Origin: Bugula neritina
Taxonomy: Eukaryota > Animalia > Bryozoa
Reading direction: 5' to 3'
Length of the DNA stretch: 64,000 bases
NCBI GenBank assembly: GCA_964035545.1
Contig: OZ037767.1
Span: 11,294,581 to 11,358,580, forward strand
Of this stretch, positions 38,984 through 64,000 are shown one piece after another. The translations under genes and the position numbers were made by a program. The notes beneath the pieces are model-generated. The model was given only the letters and a program-made list of their open reading frames with translations, made no database searches and was not told the DNA's origin. The first letter of the stretch is position 1, and every line of letters begins with the position of its first letter.

Positions 38984-40876
38984 CCATCTCTTTGAGTTGT
39001 CTTCTTTGTATATCCTTGGATAGATTTCCAACTACTCCTCCGTCCTTCCTTTCTTTTTTACTCAGCCTTGCTTTGTATATTCACATTACTAACATTCTGT
39101 GAATCATGGCGATGACCGTTTTTATATTGAATGAAGCCACTATACTTCTTTTTCTAATGATGTTGATTTGTGTGAAATGTTTTATGATGTAAATATAATA
39201 TATTAGTCTATATTAATCTGTTATAATGCTATGAAATAAGTTAACATAACTCCAAAACATTATGCTCTTGTATATAATGAAATGAAAGATGGGCTAGAGT
39301 CATAGTAGTTATGTAATACAGTAGTATTACATCTCACACATATATGCACACACTATAACCTTTCTAAGTTTCTAATTTAGAACAGTAGTTTTCATTACAT
39401 GTAATGTATGCTGTATGCATTATACAAGGTAACTGTAATTTTCAACAACTGGTTGTTGAAAATTATAACTTGGTCTCCATCAGCTGCGTTCAACTTTCTG
39501 AAAAGTTGATATTAATCTAGTTTACAAAAGCTGAGAAACTAGGTCAAGTCAGTATTTTGAGATTTAATTGATGTCTATTATAAAAGTTGCATTAATTTAT
39601 AGAAATTTATAGACAGTTTAAATCTATTTAAACAAATTAGAAAGACTAACAACTAAAATGTACAGTTCATTACTTGGACTTTTTGAAATTTCAAACTCAC
39701 AGTAAGTCAAGCAAAATATTGGAATCAATTTAGCTAGATGAAGCAACTTCAATGTGACTTTCCCAGCTCTGTCATATGTCATCAAGTAATGACATAAAGT
39801 AGCACTGGAAAGTATGGCTATTATAATGGCGCACTTTCTGTATTAAAATTCCTGTCATTATACACAACAGTTTATAATGCTCAAAAAATGGTATCATATG
39901 CATAGATGTACTGTAGCAAAAGCAAGCCTATTGCACTTGGCAGGTTTCAAATCAAATATCTAAAGTTTGTAAAATAAATTAAAATTAAAAAAGGTTTTCA
40001 AATGTATACTTTTAGTGAATGAGTATATTGTGGTGATTAAGAGCATACTATCACCTACTGCAGTAACAGTTGTAGAAACGTGTAGTAAGAGTAGTAGTAT
40101 TGAAATTATGTTCATTGTGTTTTATTAACAGGCATCACAACATAGAAAATCAATACTATACACTTGAGGAAATGAAAGATTGGCTAGCTATAAATGAATT
40201 AGCTGATACACATAAAGCTATATAAAACTTCAAGTCTAAACTAATATGATCAAAGAATTTGCACATAAAACCAATACAAAACCTTAGTCTATGTGCTACA
40301 ATTTGAGAAAAACCCAACATATGTAATAAATAATATTTCAATTATTAGAACACTAAAAATACCGTAAGCAAAAAAACTTGTTTGGCAAACTTAAAACTAA
40401 ACGCTTTTTATATAATAGTAAAAAGTTGATAATATAAGTTTCTATATAATGTTCCATTAAATATACACCTTTCTCGTCTCGTAATAATGCATGCTGTAGT
40501 GCTTGTAATTGCTGTTATATGACACATATAATTAGATGATAGAAATGATGTCATATCCTGGAATTGATGGAGTCAGAAGATTATGAGTCAGGTTGCCAAC
40601 AGATAGAATTGCTGGTAGGCTTTAGTAGAGCTTAATATAAACTACATTAGCAGTGCAATCCTTCAGTATTACAACAAGTTTACAGTGTTTAGAGATTTCC
40701 TTTGTGCCTCCAGTAATAATCTGCAGAAAAGCATTTTGGGATTCAAGTCCGTACACGCTCTTCTTCCATGACTCATATTTATATCCTTGTCCTACTATAC
40801 TAACCATTTAATTTCAGCTTTACAATGTAAAGATGATGCAAGACTCCAATATGCACTGAGTTACAGAGTGCTGGAG

Positions 40877-42923
40877 CTATTCACTGTGCTGCTTTGAGCT
40901 GTCATGGGAATTGCCTGTTGAGTCAGGGTCCGAGTCATCTTGCACAGCAGATGTTTCATTATTTGTATCTATTGATTTTCTCATTTTACTAGACATTCCA
41001 GTTGAGTGGGCCTATAAACAGAGATATGCCATGCTTAGTGGCCATTTTATTGGAAAACAAATTTAGGTCACGCTAGTGAGTAAAAAGATGGGATGTGTTA
41101 ACAACTCGATATTTCAAAAGACTTGTAAGTGTAAAATATGAACTACAGTTTTATTAAAATGTGAGTACATAAACTCGAAACTAAAGATAACTATCAAATT
41201 TGTAGTATTACATCAATTTAATAGCCAGCACTCTAACCTGTTGTAACATGTCAATATTACATCACATCCTGTTATAACCTAACACTATGATGAGCTGATT
41301 TTCTGCTAGAAGTAATTCTTAAAGCTAAACTGTTGATATCACATAGTAAAAAGATATCACAATCATATTCAATGGTGTAGCTTACTGACATAGATTTTTG
41401 CCAGTTTTCCAAAAAATGTTTCTTATGTCGTGATTATAAACTATTTTCTTCAGGCAATGCAACAATTTTCAGTCAAATAGAAATTGGCTTTCTGATTTTG
41501 TAGTCTACCAGTGTTAATTGTGATTAACATAAGAAAACTCATAATGTACATACATGTACTACACAGATGTAAATATTATGTTAATTTATGCCTTGAGAGG
41601 CGGCAGCATTGTTTATTGTGTTACCTGTGGAAACGCAGCATGTTGGACTTGTTTGGAGATAGCCAGAACCATCTTGTACTCCATGTGAGCAGCTACTGCT
41701 GCTGAAGACAGGGATAACTCTAGCAGCTCTAATACCATCTTCTTTAGTTCTTTTATTTTAATGGATTGTCGCTTATTGTAGCTAAAATATACGCTAAACC
41801 ATGTGACATACTTGCAACAATGAGACAATAAATTGATGCATGATGTTACACATAGGTAACTGTGCATTCAGAGTTGTGCCCCCTCAATATTACTTTATAG
41901 ACTGTCTCGGATAAACATGCATAATATAATAGGAGTTTAAGTTTGAGTTTTTTACGATTGAGTTTAACTCTAACTATAAGGAAGCGTTTTGAGTGGTGAA
42001 GTGCTACTGCTAGTACTGCTATACTGTCACTGTCACCACCATTACCACTACCATTATTACTACTTCTACTGCTACTACAAATACCTACTATAGTTGTCAC
42101 TAACAACAGCATTAGTTAGAAGAGTGGCATATTTCATTTAAAGTGACAGATTGTGCTCCTTTTATTTAGAAATACAAAAAGGATATGTTTTTATTAAATG
42201 ATCTAAAACATATCCTCTGTGTATAGTATAAGATCAAGTTTGACTTTTCTCATCATAAAGCCAAGTCAGATCTAACGTAGTACCTTAGGAAACTACTAAC
42301 CATGATATTCCAGCTTCATAGAAGGAGTGAACCATTACCAAGGCTATGGTACTGAGCTGAATGAGAAGAAAGGCAGATGAAAAAAGCAGTCTCAATGCAA
42401 GTGAATCTAACTCTGGCTGCTCGTACTTCTCCACCAACTTCGGAAAGTATTTCACACCGTGACTCCTTACAATCCCCTCAACTCTGGGCTGTGCTGTGGC
42501 CAAAGATTTGAAGTAGCCGTAGGTAAGCTGACTCTTTAGAGAGGCAAGGTTTACTTTTGTATCTCGGATGTGATGGTAGAGTTGTTGAGCCACGCCGAGG
42601 CTGATTAGAAAAAAGAGCAAAGCTAACATCAGCCAGATGACGGTGGGAATCAGATCAGCAAACATGTGGAAAATGACGTGTGGCACTCGAAATATCCCGT
42701 TGCCGACCATCCATTTCGCCCATTGAAAAGACAAGAACACCAGATTCAGCAGGAGCGTGTCACGGACAGCCACCTGGAGCAGAGGCTGGTCTAGCTTGTT
42801 GACTCTTTTGAAATGTAGAGCAAGTATGATACTGTACTGGATGAGATACCAGATGAAGTTGTACCATATCATGTATGAGTAGGAAATGTGTTCTCTGTCC
42901 TCTCCGTATTCCTCGCCTGACAT
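40877..42923 (-). CDS. Multi-pass membrane protein resembling the S3-S6 pore module of a divergent TRP (TRPM-like) channel; 3 exons, 304 aa if started at ATG 42923
   Basis: Exons 42923-42301, 41781-41625 and 41011-40877 are GT-AG, phase-consistent and stop-free, with four hydrophobic segments. LNLVFLSFQWAKWMVGNGIFRVPHVIFHMFADLIPTVIWLMLALLFFLISLGVAQQLY resembles TRPM S4-linker-S5 (by-eye alignment only). An acceptor at 42916 may make this an internal exon. Confidence 0.65.
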
Positions 42924-44063
42924 CGTGGTAAGAAGAATTTAATATTTCTGTATGTCACTAAAATATTATAAAATTACATGAATTTTGAAAAACTATCACA
43001 TAATTGGTTTTAAGAAAAGTTAGGCATATGCTGCAGGTATTCCATTACCTATTGTTTCAGATATAAATTATGAGTTTACAGAGCAAAGACTGAACTAAAG
43101 CAAGGACTTGAGCTATGACTTTGTCAACTAATATTGCATATGAACCTGACACCCAAATGTTATTTCCAGGAGTAGGAATATCTATTTACATATGTAGTCG
43201 CAGGATTGAGCTATTTCTAAAGTATTCTTGGCTTATTGTGCGGTCAAACTTCCAGAAAACTCTACTGTAAAGTTACTTGCCACACACATGTTGCCAGCCA
43301 GAGAGAATCTTAAGTGACCATTTGTATTTGCCAATAGCTTCACTGTCGTTTAAATTTTTTTCCTTTTAACAAATTGAAATAAAAGCGTTACACCAACATG
43401 TGAAAAGTGTACTCGATGAATAATGATTAGCCAATTAGATCGCAGGCACAGAAATTTTTCGTAATGTTTGTTCAGCATTTTGATTGATTAAAATTGGAAC
43501 AAAACAGTCTATTTTTCAGCTTGTACAAAGTTTTTACTAGTAGTCCACTTGCACTCTATGTGGCTCATTTAGCTCTAGCTTTAGCCGTGAGTTTCCTGTA
43601 CTATTCAACATATACTGAATAGCAATTGTGATCATGACCACATAAAACTCGGCAAATCAGATTATCGGGTTTTCTATCTAAAAGTAGTGACTTGGATATA
43701 CAAATCAATCTGATCACTATATTATTTTATCCATTAAAATGTATACATTGAAACAACTACCGTTACTTGTTAAAGGAAATACACAATGTAAGTGGTATTA
43801 GAGCTGTAATGTCATAGTACACAGATAATGATGACATCATCACCATAGTTTATGTTCTTATTTTTATGCGAATACATTTAATAATTTTAAACAAAGCCCT
43901 TTGCTGCTTATCTACATGCAATTAACATGATGAAAGTAATAGTAAGACATTATGCTAAAGTTGATTAGGATTTGCCTACACATGATGTATATGGACCTTA
44001 TAAAGTTAGTCATTTAATTAAGAATAAAAGCTTTCTTCGCACATATTACTTTGTTTCTTGTAC

Positions 44064-45948
44064 ATTCTGTCATAAAAGGCTGTATCAAATGTCTTTGTAA
44101 TGAATACAATGGTATAAAAGCCAATGCAGCAACTTGCTGTATCTGAAGAGCTGGTCCAACTTTTACAACCGAAACTGTATGCAGTAAAAACCCACTGGGG
44201 AAGTTACCAGCCAGCCACCAGCCACCAGCCAGCCAGCCAGCCAGCCAGCATGCACACAATACGTAAGCATATATAGGGAGTGAAATAGTATTTGACCATG
44301 GCTTTATAACTGTCCAATTTTATAAATTATTTCACTTTAATATTAAAATTCTCAATTATGCAATGGAAATAAAACAATAACTACATCATAAATGCTACAA
44401 CTTGTTACACTATTTTGTTCAGCGTGTCATCCATCCATATAAACTTCACACAAAGCAGAGGCCCAATTTTCAATTTGTTTGGAAATCCACTTTATTTGGC
44501 CTTAATTTTAGAATATAAAATTTGAGGATTGTCTTATTCTTCATTGGCATACTATACAGAAATGTTGGCTACTATTCTCTAGACTACTATATTATGGGCC
44601 AGCAGCAGCTGTGGAAGAGCCATACTGAGATGGTGGTAGATAACCTAATGTGCATTTCCTCTTTACATGTATCATAGCTCTCTTGTTACTACCAGCATAT
44701 AAACTGTTAGCCTGCATATTAATGATTATTTCCAACAGATTATATGCTGATAGACACTGATTATAGTTGTCATTATTGTTAATTTGACTACACTAAAACA
44801 TTGATTTACTCTACTGTTAGCAGTGGATAGTATATGTCAATATGCAAATGACATGTATGAATACAGATTATATATAATATATAAGCATTATACAATATAA
44901 GCATTATATACATAGATATATTATACACCTGTGAGCATGTTGACATCTATAAGATGGCAACTGCTCTAAACTTGATTAAATTCATATCCCATTCTGATTG
45001 TGAAAGCTCCGGGTTTTATCAATCATATTCTCATAGAGCCAGTATATCTAACTTAGCATGCCGGCATGAAGTAGTAAGTGCTAAGTATTTTACTGGCTGC
45101 TATTATGTAAAAGCTAATCAAATTATGTTTATCAGAACCATATGCAATATATAGGCTTATATAAACTGTATAAATAATATCACATACACAAGTTAGGTGT
45201 AGGATTAATATTTTGGTATATCGCAGCCACTCCTAGCCATATGCAATAGTTTAAAAGCCAAGACTTCTACATAAAAATAGTAAACATAAAATGTTTAACT
45301 TTCAACTTAGACAGCATTGCAGTGATAAGCCCATAACAAAAGAAATTCTTGTTTAGCAGAATAAAGAAAGTATGGGGAGAAAATTGTCACTCCTCACCCC
45401 CCCCCTTTGCTTGTCTGCTATTAATACACGTTAGAAATTTGTCTACATAATATCATAATGAGACAAGATATAAAGACGCTCTAGCTTAAAGCTGTATACT
45501 TTTGATATATCGATGAAGCCATCAACTCAATATGAGATGAAATTCTAATATTCAAAATGTGACTTCATGTTTGTGCCATAGATTATTGTTGTCAACATAT
45601 TATTTGTATATCTGTGGCATTGCACTATTAGCCATATAGTACACAGTTAGACACACTGTAATATAACATACAGGTTAATAGTTGTACTCACCAGTTTCAC
45701 TCAACACTAACGACTTTCACCTTCCACTTATTGAAGAGTTGAGCTTCAATTGAAAGTGTATTTACTTACAAAACTGTGTGATAAGCTACAACAAAGTACT
45801 CCGAGCAGCCATTGTCTTCGAATAATCAAACCATGCGAACTGATGTTGGATATTGGTTCAAATACATCATGCAGTTTATCAAACCTTCAATCAATAATCA
45901 CCGAGCCATCTCATTGGCTGAAATTTTGGCTGCTTTTTGATAACTCAT
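44064..45948 (-). pseudogene. Disrupted upstream exons of the TRPM-like locus (pre-S1, S1-S2)
   Basis: 44299-44064 encodes MVKYYFTPYICLRIVCML, then a frameshift in (GCTG)n, then GFLLHTVSVVKVGPALQIQQVAALAFIPLYSLQRHLIQPFMTE, which is S1-S2-like. 45948-45692 ends at a strong GTGAGT donor and reads as a stop-interrupted frame ending SIEAQLFNKWK. Assignment is by eye. Confidence 0.35.
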
Positions 45949-47570
45949 GTTGATCATCTAGTGAGAGGCAAGTACTCAGACTATAAAATACTTTGGCTAT
46001 AAAATATCCATACACAAACTTGCAGGTACTAAATAAAGCATATGTACACATAGGGCATAGGCTGTGCCAGCAACACTATGAAAAAGTGCATAATATTAAA
46101 AATCCCAAACGGTGTTATTGTTTTGCAAAGATGTGCTGTGATTGGCTTACTCATGTGTAACTGGCAAACCAGAAAACATATTTTATCAAAGAGATTTTGA
46201 AATCCGGCTATTCACAACTTATAGGCAGCTAGAATTTCTAAAATTTAATTTTATTAGTAAAGATGTAAACTGACTGCTCTCTACAAATAAAATACGTATT
46301 ATGAAAGGTATTAACCCCATCTTAATTGAAGACGTCAGAGCAGAAAACTCCTGAGTGGATTCACAGCAGCACTAATTGCATGCTGTGTATACTTGATTGG
46401 TAATACAGAGCAATTAGTGCCAGCTGGGAAGAGTTGTTCAAGTAGTTCTATTCTTATATATCATTATCTACAGTATACATTATATTATGTTATTATATAG
46501 TGAATATTACATGTTATTACATTATATATATACTTAATGTTTTATTATATAATGCTATGTTATATTTATATGTTGCATTATATTACATATATATGATATT
46601 ACAACGTTTTATATTGTCTTGTTTTGGGCTGTACTATGTTGTATACTTTATATTATATTATATCATGATATATTATGATATATCATAATAGATTAGATCA
46701 TAATATTGATCAGTTTAAAGAGAGTAGCATTGTTTGTTGATGAATTTTAGTTGATTTAAATTTATAATCTTTTTTAAAAAGAGAACTATGGCTAACGTTA
46801 ATATAACTTTTACATGCAGTGTTCTATATCTGCCAACACAACAAACTATACTCATAAAGGATATTCTGTATTACTTATATGTTATTGCAATCAACCCTAA
46901 GGCCTAATATGTTATATATAACATTTAAAAAGAACAGCATGCAATTACTTCGTTTAATTAAGTATTTAACAAGTGTTTATTTTTTTGTATATTGTACTGT
47001 TGCATCTTTTAGGTTGTTTTACACATACATGCATATATAAAGATATATTGTAATACTGAGATGGTGATAATATAATTTTTAGAGCTGACTATGAATTAAG
47101 AAGAAAATAGAATATAAAATCTATTTATGTCACATTATTATTCATTAAGTTGACAATTGTTTTGCCATGTTATACTATATTAGTTATTATGATATAAACA
47201 ATATTATATTAATAATTCATACATCTATATTCTACTTAATCAATATTAAAAAGAATGTTTCTTTTTGAAAATTGTAAGTTATATTTTTTAACATTTATAC
47301 AGTAGCATTACAAGTTTGAAAAAATTATTTATCTATTTATAGAAATGTTTGAAGTTATACACTGCAGTAATTATACACTCGCAGTAAATCCTAACAATGT
47401 ACAACTCGGGTTTGTTGAGGAATGTATTAGTTTGGATAGTCTTGGCACATATTGCTTTATTATTGAATGTTTAAAGTGTTGAAAGCTGCTATTGTTGAGT
47501 ACAAAGTTGTGGGCGTTTGTTTGCATTGAGAAGTTAAATGGCAGCTCATTGTTAATTAGTTGGACACAAG

Positions 47571-62969
<15,399 letters not shown>

Positions 62970-64000
62970 ACTAATTAACATTCATAGCAAAGCAGCCATG
63001 AACTGAGCTCATATTAGACTAATATTTGTACGCAATCTGCTACACTGATCTGCTTAGCGAAGAAAGCAAACTATTCATCTTATGTTTTACAAGTTACAAA
63101 TGTCTAACTCTTATTTTTCTCAGTTTTAATCAGCAAAGTTATAATACGCATAACACTATGCAAAAGTAGTTTTTGTGTAGAGTTCACTTGCACCTTCTTG
63201 TAATCGATTTGATTTAGTTTTACTCAACCTAATTTTAGTGTGTAAATATTTTTTGCTGTAAACACATCATATATGCTCCCCCTTTAGTTTTATTTTACAT
63301 ATGGTGTTTTTAGTGGTTTTATTTTAAATATAAGAGATGATCGTAATCAGAAAAAAATCTTATTACTTTGATTTTCACTCTGCATGATCTTCAATTATAA
63401 ACACTGTATATTAACCAAGTAAACTTTATATAGTATAAAGTTTATGTAATCAGCAAAGCATCACTTAGCAATAGAATTTGATGTATTCAAAACAACCATC
63501 CTTGTCCAAAGTAATTGTTCATAAATAACAGTTTGTTTATTGCCATAAAACATGATTTGGTGTCATACAAGTATAGTAAAGGTTCAACACCATATGTGAC
63601 AAAGGAAGGCTGTCTTACCCAATAATATCATTTAAAATGTTATTTGTAGCATGTGGCAGTCAGTTAAAAGCTGTTTTATTTTCATTTTAATTACATACTA
63701 ATAGAAACACATCTTTTATATAATATTTCTATCAAAAATCAGGAACAGATCTCAAAATTTTGAGGATTCTTGTAAAAGTTAGATAAGTTTATTATATTGG
63801 AACAAAGTTGACATTTGAAAGAAATATTTTTTACGAAAAATGAAGTTTACATTATCTTATTTTAAATTGATAGCATAGTTTATCATTTCTCCACATGGAG
63901 TAATGCAATATAAATTCACAGCTTAACATTGAGACTCGGCCTATACACTAAACATAGTACTAAATGTGGAATTAGTATAACTAGCAGGACAGTAATACTA

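Noticed and set aside
44050-44194. Alternative frame WVFTAYSFG...RMYKKQ as the upstream exon
   Set aside because: Open and phase-compatible with 42916, but it resembles TRP S1-S2 less than the other frame and no convincing upstream partner exon was found. Not fully excluded.

Overview
AT-rich, intron-rich animal genomic DNA from an invertebrate; the gene and transposon style suggests a lophotrochozoan, but the taxon is inferred and not determined. Manual splicing supports these genes: the last three exons of an otubain deubiquitinase (OTUB1-like, +), a two-exon FoxG gene (-) inside a roughly 19 kb gene-poor region, a 7-exon BPNT1 gene (-), a 6-exon centrin-3 gene (+), and an 18-exon membrane-anchored M12B (ADAM/ADAMTS-like) metalloprotease (+) with PLAC-like, mucin, SEA, EGF and transmembrane modules. 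A further multi-pass membrane protein locus (-, about 40.9-45.9 kb) aligns by eye with a highly divergent TRPM-type channel: its S3-S6 pore half is an intact 304-codon spliced ORF, while its 5' half is broken by stops and a (GCTG)n microsatellite frameshift. Mobile DNA includes a near-full-length CR1-group LINE, a Sola-like foldback element inserted into a minisatellite, a tRNA-derived SINE nested antisense inside an older copy, and several MITEs. All exon boundaries and family assignments were made by eye, without database searches.
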